64,000 bases of DNA from Laetmonice hystrix. Lineage: Eukaryota. A program made the translations under genes and the position numbers. Position 1 is the first letter of the stretch; each line of letters begins with the position of its first letter. The stretch lies in contig OZ249436.1 of NCBI GenBank assembly GCA_965235115.1, positions 51,896,001-51,960,000 of the forward strand, in the 5' to 3' direction. Shown here in pieces: positions 13,701-25,895 of the stretch. The notes below the pieces were generated by a model that was given only the letters and a program-made list of their open reading frames with translations, did not search any database and was not told the DNA's origin.

Positions 13701-16700
13701 TTTTAATTTATAATGCTCTGAAATTTAGCATGACCTTGATTTGCTCTGTCAAGATCACTAAAGGTCAAGGGCAGAGGTGCCAAATGAAAGGCCATATGAT
13801 TTCATATGATTGGTTAATAGTTCTGATAGCCCTCCCTTGCACTATTTCCCCCCTGTTGAGGGCATTCATGAGCTAATATTGTAATGATAATAGTAATAAT
13901 ACTGTAGAAGTACAAGAATATAATGCCACATGTATTATTCTTTATCATTCAGTTGAGCCGAATACTGAAAAGTGATTGGTCAGTTCGTCAGAAATATATT
14001 CCTGTATTGCGTAGCTGACCCTGTATTGCATAGTGCCTCGTTTTGAGGCTTCCACCACTATGAAGTCACAGTCAGAGTGCAGGATGTGATCATTATGACG
14101 TTACAATGAAAGATGTAAATCGTCATCCCATGTCTGATCTTAAGTAATACGGAAATATACCTACCTTCAGGTCCCGTATCCCATTCGGCCTTCGGCCTCA
14201 TGGGATATGGGACCTTCAGGTAGGTATATTTCCGTATTACGTTACCAGACATGGGATCACTAATAGTATTATGTGATTATATAAATACAAGGACAATTTT
14301 CAAACTTCATTTGAAATAGCAGCAGAAGGTATAATGGAGAAGGGAGGAGTGACCCTAAATAACATAGCCTGCAGATGACCTTGGCAAAAGGAAAGACACA
14401 AAGAAGAAAATGTGTAACCTAGTTTTGCCCTTCTTGTTGCAGGTTTTCCCACCCTGCAACAACTGCGTAATGATGCAGGTGCCAGTAGCTGTCACTCCCA
14501 GACTCCACCGTCCATTCTACCGTCACGTACACCATCCAGCATCGCATTGCAGCAGGAGCAGCAGCGGATCCCATTTGGACAGAAGCAGTTGTTGAACCAG
14601 GTCTGTTCTCCAGGAATGTTAGCAGGTACCACCCATCCTCCTGTTACCCTCAGCCAAATTCAGGCCATGCAGCAACAGAAGACACAAGACATTGTTTCCC
14701 AGAACCAAACACACCAACACTCTGGACACATGATGGGTCGACCCATTCTGAGGCCGCATATGCGAGGTGCTGTCATTCAAAACCAAATACAGCCACACAA
14801 CATAATGCAGAGCCAGGTCCAGCAGGGGACAGTGCCTATGGTTGGCACACAAAGTCAGCTACAGCACTGTTCACTACCCCCTGTCAGCCAGAACCAGTTA
14901 CAGCAACATTCACAATCCATGACTACTCAAAGCCAGCTGCAACAGCACTCACCTCAAGTGGTGCAACAACACTCGCCACAGATGGTACAGCAACACTCGC
15001 CACAAATGGTACAGCAGCACTCGCCACAAATGGTACAGCAGCACTCGCCTGAAATGGTACAATCTTCACCACAGATAGTACAGCAACACTCCCCTCCGAT
15101 GGTGCAACAGTCTCCACATATGGTGCAGCAAATGTCGCCACAAATGGTACAACAACAGTCACCACAGATGGTGCAGCAAATGTCGCCACAAATGGTGCAA
15201 CAACATTCTCCACCATTGGTGCAGCAAATGTCACCCCAGATGATTCAACAACAGTCCCCACCAATGGTGCAGCAAATGTCCCCACAGATGGTGCAGCAAA
15301 TGTCCCCACAGTTGGGGCAACCACAATCCCCACAGATGGTGCAACCACAGTCACCACAGATGGTGCAACAAATTGTGCAACAGATAGCTCATCAAGCTGA
15401 TTTTGGAGACCAGGAGCTGCTAGTGTTACTTGAACAGGAGGCTGCAGCACACCTACTCTTTCAGGAGCAAGACGGAATGTCCAGACAGGTCGACCTGTGG
15501 TGTGATGGGGGTGATGTGGAAGTGGATGCAGCAGTTGACCTGGAAGAAGACGCTGTTCCCAGTAATGAGGGTTTTGTGGACTTTGTAACCACTGGCATGC
15601 CAAATAAGGTTTCCAAGAAGCCTGAGGCTGTCATGGAGAAGGGAAAGGTTCTGAAAGAAGACCTCATTGAGGATTTAGCAAACCTAAAACTGACAGATGC
15701 ACCACTTGATCAAAAGAAAGAAGATTCAGGATTCCAATCTTATGCCTCTCACCTACCATCCACAAATATTGAGGGCATGAAGGAAAAACAGCAGGCAAAA
15801 CAAGGGCAAGGTGAGTGTGATTCTGTAAAATATGGGGGATCGGCTGTATATTATGTTCTTTGACATGTCTATCAAATCTGGCAGTGCTCTTTGATTTCAT
15901 TGGGAAATTTTATTGGCGGATCACATTAAAGAAGATTAGGTTTTATCGTTGTTGGTGTCAGTTTTGTGGTTTCTCCTATAGTGGGTTGTTTTTCAGAACA
16001 ATCTCCGATAAAACTGCTGATAAAGCTTGTGGAAAGAACAACAAAAGCACTGCAAAACTTTGCAAGCACAGGAGACATTGGCCACATTCTTCTCATCCAA
16101 CGCCACCTTGTGACAATGCAGAATGACAAGGGCGACACGTATGTACCTTTACAAAAGATTAGAGGTTAATGTTTTGCTCTGTTGGATGTAGGCCAGGAGA
16201 GCTTATGGGAATGCACATCATTTGATGGTGGCCCATTACATTATAGTATGAAAACTCAAAGAGTTGGATTTTAACAAGAAATTGCCAGATTGTTTTTGAC
16301 GTATCCCTTGTTTAACAGATTGAAGGGCTGATGTAGGAATGTTTTTCTATGTACGGGTATGTTATATGTTACGCCTTTGGGTTGAATGTTGTTATAAATC
16401 AAAGATTGTAGACTGCAGAACCATTGAGTTGATCTTACAAGTACCTGCTCATACATTTTGTAGGCCACTCCACCTGGCAGTCATTCATCACCAGCCAACT
16501 GTAATTAGTCAACTGCTGCAGGCTGTATCTACTCTGCCATCCCATACTTCAATTGTGGACATTACAAACCAAAAACACCATCAGGTGAGAGCAGATATTG
16601 CAGGTTCACTGAAAACATTAACAAACAACATGCTTGAACAAATTCAGCCTTGACAATATCTTCTTTTCCTCATTCGCTGCATCACCTAGTTGAATTGTTA

Positions 16701-19700
16701 ATAGTTCCCTTTGCCTTTAGATCCACTCCCCTGCACCACAGCCCGGGCAGAGAGAGCATGGGGGACAGCTTGACGTCAAGATTTGTGTCGGAAAATTGCC
16801 TTTTCATCCATGATCTAAAAAAAAACCTACCTCTTGTTGACTTGTGATCATGTGTAGTCAATGGGGTAAGAGGTTTTGTTGATGTTTTCAGACATCCCTT
16901 CATTTAGCTGTGATCACTCGACAGTCGGATATCGTGAGCCAGCTGTTGAAGGCGAAAGCTGACCCAGCAATAATTGATTACAACGGTAACAATGCCTTTC
17001 ACCTGGCTGCCATCAGTGGAGACTGGCAGAGTCTCTTCTGGATGCGAAAGTTGTTGCCGCTCGATTGTTCAGGAACAAGAGCTGCACTGGAGTCTCTCAA
17101 CTATGAAGGCAAGTTTAAACACTAAAAGTAACCTGACCTGGCAGGTCTTCTTCTCGCCTTGTACTGATCAGAACCATATTGAAGGACTGCATAGAATATG
17201 GCACTTGGACAGAAATCGCAGTGCGTGTATCAGAATCAGGGTTTGGTGCATTAATTACTTATCATAATTTTAGTTAACTTTTAAATATGAATTATTTCAG
17301 GCTATACGCCACTGCATCTGGCCGTCCTCAAACAGCACTTCAGTTGTGTGAAGGAGTTGATGGAGGCTGGTGCCGATGTCGACACACCAGATGGTCGCAG
17401 TGGACGGACTGCCCTTCATCATGCAGTAGAAACCAATAACCATGCTATAGCTGGTTTTCTGCTGCTGAAGGTTAGCAACACTTATAATTGTAATTGGGTC
17501 ATCAGTGGGATCCGAATGTGTAGGAATGCACCAAATCAAGAATGAGAAAATTAACAGAGTGGCATCAAATTTGGTACCATAGTGGAAAAATATTGAAAGC
17601 CATATTATATCACTCAATTACTCATACTGAAAGAGGAAACCTTTGATGAGTGAAAAAATGTCAAAAGATTTCATCAAAACTTGCATTATGAAAAACAAAT
17701 CCATGTCTAGAAAATTAGAAAAAATGTTGTTTTCTTTAGAGTGATGCTGCCGTGAATGCGGCAACGTTTAATGGAACGACAGCCTTACATATGGCAGTAG
17801 GACGCCGCCTGGTTCAGATGGCAGTACTTCTGATGACAGCAGGAGCTGACCCTTACAGGGAAAACAACGAGGTCATAGAGCAGGATGGGGAGTCAGATAG
17901 TGAGGACGAGGTCGACTATGTCCGACCAATAGACATGGCCGAGGGAAACATCCAGGTGTGCAAATCATTTCTGTCTTCAGCTTCAGCCATGAAAAATTTT
18001 ACTGTGTTGTCAAAACTTGACTTTGTATAGTAATACTTGCACATGAGGCAATGCAATGGGTTGGGGAGGGTTAGGAAGAGATCTCAATATATTCCCCAAT
18101 AAATGCCTATGTAAAATAGTCATGGATCACAAACCTCAGTGATGTGTATGCAAATAGTCTTAAGTTTTGATTAATGAAAATACCATAAAAGCCATAAAGT
18201 GAATGGAGCCAGAAATGCTAAATGAGATATTGAGATACGAGATGTAAAATAATAAAGATTTATTGTGCATTGCTTTTTTTTAACAGATGCTGAAGGTTTT
18301 AGAAGGGGAACTATACCTGGAATTTGATACACTGCCAATCTCTGGTCTTCTATACACAGATCAAGAGGAGGATATTAGGACATCTGAGACAGGTAAAAGT
18401 ACTGATTGAAAGGACGAAGGGACGTTCTAGAAGCAGTTGTTTGCTACTGTTGCATTTGAGTGTAAGAGAAAAGTCAGTCTTGAAAGAAAACTTGCATTAT
18501 CTGGAACGGAATAATTCCAAAGGTACTGCAGAAGGTCTTTAACTGAAAGGCACTGTCTGTACTTCTGTCTACAGGTAACATTGGACAGCTGGATATGGTA
18601 ACGAGGACATCACTGTCTGAGCTGTTGGACCCAGTGTCTGAGAACCGTGACTGGCAAGCTTTGGCTAAAGGTCTTGGTCTTCACAGTGTGATGGATGGCT
18701 TCAGGCGTCAACCGTCCCCAACACTTCATGTACTCGATGCCTACCAAGTGAGAAATTAGAGTTTGTAAATTCTAATTACTGCTAGATATAATTCCATGTT
18801 GTACTTAGCTCCACATCACCTTAAAATGAAGAGAACAAATTTAAGTGTTATGTTATACGATAGGATGGTATGGCTTTGATATAATTGTTGAGTCAGTTTG
18901 TTTGGTTAACCGAGGCTCGACTGCTCTGATTAGGCCATGGTTAAAATCGGGTCAATCGGTTGAGCCGTTATAACAATGATATAGGCCTACCTTAGAAAAC
19001 AAACCAGGCATACTCAATCGATTTGGATAGCAAACAGAATATGTGTTTTCCCTTAACTTTGTGGAACTTCTCGCCTCTGTAGCATACCTATAGAACACCC
19101 TCACTTACTGATTCACCCTGTTCACACTTCATAGACTCTACTGTTTTATCGTGTTCTCACAGTGAAGATGGCTTAATTAGTTGCTAACACACCATTATGT
19201 CGCATCAGTACACCGAAGTATATGAAGTTTAAGAAGTTGGTAAAATGAAAGAAAAAAACAGAACATAAAACATAAACTTCTGATGATCTGAATGTATGTA
19301 AAAGAAAATATTCATTGATGTGCTTCAGACTGCCAACGGAACCCTCGTCGAGCTCAAGCAGGTTCTTTTCAACATCCATCGGCATGATGCTGCAGCACTT
19401 ATTGAGGCCTCCAACTCAGGTACGATACCAGTGTTATACTGGTCAATGGTCGGTAGGACAGGACAAATTGAGTGCAAAACCCTAAGTTTGCTCACTCGCT
19501 CCTTATTTTTTCCGCAAAAAAACCGTTATCAATAATTTCTATTTAAAAAACCCATATTGAAGAAGGAACATGCATGCCTATGAAGTTTACATATGATGCA
19601 GCTGTTTGACGGCATGGGAACAATTGTTCTTAGATGTTCCTAACCACAGATGAGCCTCTACCTACCCCGGTAATTGGGGGCTGTAACACCGACAACTTCT

Positions 19701-19879
19701 TGTTATTTGAAAGGTCCTGATAAATAAATAATCCTTCGAGAGTGACCCAGATAAATTTGCTCTATTTGATTTCTTTTTCAGAGTACAAATTGCGTCCAGA
19801 GATCAGCAAGCTACAAAACTACGACGATGAGCATCACGATTCTGCTATTGGCAGTCTGAGTCTAAGTACCGACAATTGA
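7790..19879 (+). CDS. NFKB1: NF-kappaB precursor (p105/p100/Relish class): RHD-IPT-NLS-Q/SP repeat-ankyrin repeats-death domain, about 1326 aa, 19 coding exons
   Basis: Phase-compatible exons: 7790-7913, 8504-8643 ([17 protein letters not shown]), 9940-10100, 10602-10732 ([12 protein letters not shown]), 11128-11286 (VVRLCF...AVYDS), 12206-12310 (LLCDKVQK), 12738-12971 ([19 protein letters not shown]), 13152-13241 (KRKK NLS), 13497-13631, 14443-15810, 15997-16138, 16464-16584, 16892-17108, 17301-17470, 17740-17955 (ankyrins: [21 protein letters not shown]), 18287-18392, 18575-18747, 19329-19419 (death domain [11 protein letters not shown]), 19782-19879 (stop). Sum 3981 nt = 1327 codons. The symbol is nominal: co-orthologue of NFKB1/NFKB2. 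The first exon is least certain. Confidence 0.95.
11517..12127. mobile_element. Intronic MITE, PIF/Harbinger-like
   Basis: TIR GGGCCCGTCTTACTAA / TTAGTAAGACGGGCCC; CAG TSD at 11514-11516 and 12128-12130; internal GGGGACATCCCC-type subrepeats. Confidence 0.85.
14122..14260 (-). mobile_element. Intronic long hairpin element with GA/GA mismatches and GAA loop
   Basis: GTAATACGGAAATATACCTACC...GGTAGGTATATTTCCGTATTAC arms; the minus-strand tip reads CCCAT-GA-GGCC-GAA-GGCC-GA-ATGGG. Confidence 0.6.
14940..15370 (+). repeat. Coding 24-bp repeat encoding 18x (QQ[H/M/Q]SPQMV)
   Basis: In frame within NF-kappaB exon 14443-15810; 18 Ser-Pro units counted in the translation; synonymous variation between units. 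Confidence 0.9.
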
Positions 19880-20626
19880 TCGCTACAATTCGTGTTTCAA
19901 ATGTCATTGCCAGCTGGTCTGTCACACATCACACCGAATTACCATCATACTCTTCAACATGATGAAGCTGGAAAAAGTATAGATGCTTTGGAGGTGGCAT
20001 GAGCTAAAGGAATTCTAGCCCTTCCCAGTCTTTCTAGAAATAGTTAGAAACCGTCACTTGGGCCTAAATGTGATTATGTGGAAATTCATTAATAATGTCA
20101 TATCACCCGATTTTATACAGCCATTCCATTCCATTTAATCAGGAAAACATTGTGTAACCGATGTTGTAATTCTAGCTTTGGCCAAGAAACTTCATAACTT
20201 ATTGTTGGCGGCCATTTCTGACGTCTCTTAAAGATCATATTGCACCCTTTTGATAACTCGTGACAGTCAAGTCTCGCCCAAAACTTGACAATCCATCAAT
20301 TTTATACAGATCACATTCGTATTTTGTGTAGAAAAACGGCTTTTATAGACTGACAAGGCGATAAACATTCCTCCAACCTTCGTTTGGCGGTTTATGTGAG
20401 GACCCGGATGATGACTTCCATGTTGTAAACACCTTGTAGGATTCCCCAGCAGCAACTAGACCTCGCAGTGAATTAAGTAAACCTTGGACGAATATATCGA
20501 AAATCATATACGTATGAAGATGAAGACCACTTCGGACAAAATTATATCTTTAACAATTACATGCAAAGTCATTTTTCTCTGTGTCTTTTGGCAGAAGTGT
20601 TCAAAAGCATGTACATTGTATATCTA

Positions 20627-20900
20627 AAGGCCCAGTTCTACTAGGAGACTAAGCAGGAGATTTGTTGGAGATTAGCACGAGACTGCCGCAGTCCTGTGGT
20701 AGTCGCGTGCCAGTGGAACATGCCCATCAAAAATTCAGTCGTGCGATTTTAGTCTCGCGACTGGCAGGAGACAGTATCAAACATGTTTGATCGAGTCGCG
20801 AACAGCCGGAGACTGGGGAGAGATTTTTTTGGTGGGAAATTGCACACGACTAGAGCGCGACTAGCTCAAGACTCGCCAGAATCTGGTGGAACTGGGCCTT
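20627..20900. mobile_element. MITE downstream of NF-kappaB stop
   Basis: TIR AAGGCCCAGTTC / GAACTGGGCCTT flanked by TA on both sides. Confidence 0.7.
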
Positions 20901-22183
20901 TAGTGTCAACAGGTAGAAACTCGCCAAATAGTAAGAAAAGCGTGGAATATGATCTTTAAGTAATATAATTTGTTAAATCTGCTTTTAACAAGATATGTCT
21001 CCGATTCGGACATACTTAATAACTGGATGGATAGTTTGTTGTACGATTGCTGAATTATGAGGAAACAAAATTTGTTATGTTGTTTAGCATTATACATGGG
21101 ATATAAATTATAGCATGATAAAACTAAGAAAAGGTGCAGGAGAAAAATACCTGCACGGCCTATCCTAACGCCGGCCTTGCCCTCTGTTGTCCTAAAGCTG
21201 CAAAGGTTATAACTTGATTATTAAGCAGGTACTTGAGGTTTGGCCAGGCAAGTAAGTTATAACGGTTATTGTTTGACAGTGAAGTTAACACGCTTAGAGT
21301 ATGGAGAACAAACGAATACCTGGTCTGGTCTGGAGTAGCGTGGACAGCCGAGATGACTGCTGTTATTATGTCCTTCTTTGCATCGTGTACTTCAGCAAAT
21401 CTTGCCACGCATTTGTAGCTATTGAATCAGCGAGCCCTAACTTCATTTTGATGAGCTTTTTGTCGCGTTGTTTGTTAGTTTTTAGCGCTCCTACCAATAA
21501 TTATATGTACTTGTATATGCGATGGTGCAGGATCTGCCTCAAGGGTGTTGCTTCACGAGATGGGCATGCTTAAATAAAATACTTCAGCAGCTCATTTTTA
21601 CCGTGAGTTTCTCTGTGTCATTGTCGACCCCCCCCCCCCTAATTTGGATGGGGGGGCCCCTTTACTTTACATGTAACTATCACATTCACTTCGGATCTCT
21701 TGCCCCCCCCCCCCCCCCCCGAGCCGTTCCGGTGTCCCTGCCACTCACTAGGCCTAGGCTACTACAAGTGTAAGTGGCATAATTATCACATTTTGTTCAA
21801 TGTGGTTCTAAATAGGCCTAGTCTATCAATGAAGAAACCCGGCCTAGATCTTCTGTTGAACGTGTCCCCAGAAAATATTACTCTACCGTAAAATTGTTGT
21901 GAAAGAAGGCAAGTGTTCACATTCCCACCCTTCAAACTATTTATAAACTTAGGTCAAAGGAAACAATTTTCTAAACGTTGATCAAGCCAACCGTGTTCAT
22001 GACAGATCTTTGTGGAGTGCATTGTACAGATAGTGCATGGTGTCCACTTTAGCCCAGATAAACAAGCCTAATCGTAACGTGTACGGCAGTCCAGGTGCGT
22101 TATTGGGGCACCCCGGTTACCAAACTAAATGGGTTATCATGCATGTCCACGTGTTTGCCCGCAGAAGGTGGGAATCTCAGTCA

Positions 22184-22189
22184 TATAAG
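22184..22189 (+). promoter_or_regulatory. Putative TATA box of the lipocalin gene
   Basis: TATAAG 57 nt upstream of the ATG at 22241. Confidence 0.35.
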
Positions 22190-22240
22190 GATGGACTCCT
22201 TACACATTTAGCAACTTTTCGGGAGTCGGGCAGAGTAACA

Positions 22241-24212
22241 ATGGCAACGATAACATTCACCTTGGTCAGCTTGGCCGCCGCTGTGTGCCTCGCGGAGGGG
22301 GGATCATCATTCAGCTTTCCTAAATTTGGGCTAACGACCGTAAAGGAACTTGATGTCAAGAAATACATTGGAAGATGGTATCAGGTCGGTTCAGTGTTAA
22401 CAAACTTCAGTACTCCATAGGCCCTACATGATATATGAAGTTGTTTAATCATAGGCCTACAGGGTAATCAAATATGTGCCTATAGGCCAGCAAGTGGCTT
22501 CACGCGTGCGATTCTGGTATAATCCAAAGAGTTTGTCTCAAAGTAGCCTACACCGCGCTCTCTTTTAATACCCTACTCGCATATTAATTTATTCCCTTAA
22601 AATTGTCCGTCTTTCACTTCTTTTTCGACGCCTTCCCTTGTTGTCTTGTTGATTTATTAGGCCTAGATAAATTTACGTTGATAGGCCTCTATAACATAGA
22701 TCAATCTACGGGATTAGATCTAGTCTACATCGATGTTTCAGACACATGAGAACTACTTTGATAAGGTGACGTACGGAAATGTTGCATGCAACATCGCTGA
22801 TTGTGAGTAGCCTATGCCTATTTGTAGTCGACCCCCTCTTCTCTTCCCTCTTCTCAGAAAAAAGTGCCAAAGAAATTCAGGAGCATTAATTGTCAAAACA
22901 ACATTTGGCCGGCCCCTAGGCCTGCTACCGATAAGTTATGCAGCCCATGCAGGGCAGCTCCCCCCCCCCCCCCCGGGATTTCCAGTTTTACCCATACCCC
23001 CAGGGCCAGCTCGACTGGCGCAATGACGCGCTATCACGTCGCAGGCCGACTGCCCCCCCCCCCCCCCCCTCCACGTATTTGGGCCTGGCCGCATACGGCT
23101 CTGTATAGTATAGCCTAGCCTAATATAGAGGTTATGGCTGCAGTGACGTCATTTGGAGGGAAACAGCATGGTTATGATATGTGCATGGGCATTGGCGGAG
23201 TGGGGCCACGGTTCATTGGCTTCTATTGTCCAAGCCCTAGGCCTATTTATAAATGTAGGCTAGATCTACCTCGGTTTGTTGTCCCTTCAAAATCCGTCAC
23301 CTGCATAACTTCAGTAGGCCTAGGCTAGTAGGCCTACGTTTGGAAAAGTAAAACACATCCCACCCCCCCCCCCCACCCCGCCTCAATTGTGCGTTCAGCC
23401 CGTTTGTATAAAAGTTTTACAGCTAAGAATTTGAGACTTTGTTTATAGACAAGCTGTTCAACTCGACGACTATCGGCGTCCGTAATTCGGGACGAAAGGT
23501 GCCCGACGGTGACCTTGACATGATCCGGGGGCGTGCCCTGGTGACAAGCGATCCCGGCAAGTTCGTCCTGCAACTCGACGGGGTTCCCGATGGGACATGT
23601 AAGTTACAGTCAGCCAACATAGATCTATTGTGGAAAATAAGCATGTAATATAGATCTAGTATTAGGGGGCCTGTGCCTGTTATAGGGCCTAGATCTATGG
23701 CCAGAAGAGGGCCAGCACCCCCCCCCCCCGGAAAAATTATCTTCCGACGTTATACTGTCTACATGAATAGGCCACGCACATAGACCTATAAACTCTAGGC
23801 CCTATATTTTATTGGTGAACGTGCATCAAGTAGGCCTATATAGCATGGCTACAAAAGATTGGCGGAAAGTTTGCTACATCGTTGCCTATACATGCTTTAC
23901 AATAATCAACAGGACTCTAGGTTAAAATGCATGGCCTTCGAGTAGGCCTATAATACAACTGCTCTCATTATGTAATTCCTAGACTGGGTGATCAAACTGG
24001 GGCCAGTCAACGACGACGGTCTGTACGACTACAGCATCGTGTCATCTAAGTACGGTCTAAGCCTGTACGTGCTCCTCCGCGACGTCGATCGCCTGGAAAA
24101 GTACGAACAGGAGATCCTTGCCTTCCTGAGTAAGGAGCGTTTTGACGACCTTATTACTCGACCTATAGACATGTACCAAGGAAGCAGATGCGTCTACCTT
24201 CCGGAGGAATAG
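22241..24212 (+). CDS. Secreted lipocalin, apolipoprotein D-like, 194 aa, 4 exons
   Basis: Exons 22241-22384 (signal peptide MATITFTLVSLAAAVCLA, SCR1 LDVKKYIGRWYQ), 22742-22802 (ACNIADY), 23449-23598 (DPGKFVLQL), 23983-24212 (YWVIKLGP...YDYSIVS...LYVLLR); GT-AG introns with compatible phases; 585 nt = 195 codons. Confidence 0.9.
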
Positions 24213-24339
24213 CCAATCACAAGAAACAGAATTAAAATCACCTAGGTTCTACCACCATATCTATTAGACATATTTTTTAAACAAATATTTATGTAAAAAT
24301 CAGGCCTACAGACACCTTTTTATGTCACCTGTTCCGTTA

Positions 24340-25464
24340 ATACCCCCATCACACTGGATAAAGACCTTACGGCGACCACGGCGACCTCGCAGATCGCCGT
24401 TGGTCGCCGTCAACATCAGAAAACCCCTCCAAGTGTGACTGCAATGCCGCTCCCACCCTGCTGCCACGACGTGGAAAAATGCAATTCTCGGACAATTTAG
24501 GCCGTCCCTACCACGTCGTATGGCGTTGCTACCACGTCCTATACGATCACACTGCGCTCACTGCGCAGCAAGAACGCAGCTCTGACGTCATGAGCGCAGC
24601 GGCAGCACCGTGCGGAGCGTGTAAAGGGCTCATTAGGCTGAGTTCACATAGGAGTATACGGCACGGGTATACGGTGCACGTTTTGCAGGGCACGCGAATA
24701 GCTTAAATCGTACAATAGGATCTTATAATACCGGATCACATCAGAGGGCACTATTCGAAAAGGCGTATAGTATAGTATAGTATAGTATAGTGGGAATCGT
24801 GCGTGTTCGATTTTAGTGCAGCGTATACCTTGGGGTGCCTGTGTTTAAAAGTTCAGCATTTACACAGTTCTTGATATTTTTTAACTAAATTTTCAGATCT
24901 AAGGGCCGATATATAGGGGTATTGACTCTGAAAATTTCAAAGAAATCAGTTCAAGGGGAGGGGCAGGGGGTACCTTTCAATTCATGTCGGGAATTAAGAC
25001 ACTGGCGGGCGTGACTCGCCGTGCCCGTATAGCGTATAGCGAATACCGAATAGCGAATACCGTATACCGTGTACTCCTATGTGAACTCAGCCTTAGGGTC
25101 ACCGAGGTCTCGGTAGCATCGTGGTAAGAGCCCCGGGCAAGCGGCATGGGACGGGAAGGCCGATGCTACACCGTTCACTGGCGCTCGGCCTGCGCTCTCA
25201 GGAATCTGGTACTGCGCTCCTAGGACGCTGATGGTGATCGCATTTCGATCTAACTGCGCTTTTAGATCCACGGCGACCCTGCGGCGTAAATTTTGTGCAT
25301 GTTCAAAATTGGTCGCCGCTAATGGCGCTCATGGTGACCCAGGGAGACACTATCTCGCTCCTATGACGCTCAGAAGGATCTCAAGGCACTCTATTCACGC
25401 TCTACGGCGATCTGGCCCATTTTCTAGAGCGCAGCTAGATCGCCTTCTAGTGTGATGGGGGTAT
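24340..25464. mobile_element. MITE (outer) containing a nested MITE
   Basis: TIR ATACCCCCATCACACT / AGTGTGATGGGGGTAT flanked by TA. Confidence 0.75.
24636..25092. mobile_element. Nested MITE, PIF/Harbinger-like
   Basis: TIR GGCTGAGTTCACATAGGAGTA / TACTCCTATGTGAACTCAGCC; TTA TSD at 24633-24635 and 25093-25095. Confidence 0.85.
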
Positions 25465-25895
25465 TAGTTATGAAACTTCGACTTCGCTCGTGACCAAAAC
25501 GTTCGCCTGAAGATTCGTCTCTGCAAGGGTTAGGTCACTCGCGATCGCGGGGGGAGGGGACGGACCATGCAGGGGATTAATAGGCAGTGACGGGAGGGGG
25601 GGGGGGCTTGCACCCTCCCCCATTCAGCTGCTGACCATTAGGGCCTATGTTATGATACCACTAAAATGGAACAAAAACACCGGACCCTTTTCAGGGGTCC
25701 CTTCAGTACACCTTCACTCAAACATCAACCCCCACCCCCCCTTTCCTGAAAGCTAGATCCGCCCCTGATAGGGGCCTAATTAATAATTGGGTTAAACTCG
25801 AGACCAACTAGGTCCTTGCATCCGACCATAAATGTTCAGGTAGTCATACCTGAGAACGTAGGCGTAAACAAATATAGGCTAGCAAGTAGCCACCT

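Noticed and set aside
14923..15603. 226-aa minus-strand ORF with VAPSV repeats
   Set aside because: Antisense shadow of the coding Q/SP repeat in the NF-kappaB exon.
22037..22240. Upstream in-frame extension of the lipocalin ORF
   Set aside because: The signal peptide begins at ATG 22241 and a TATA-like box lies within the extension.
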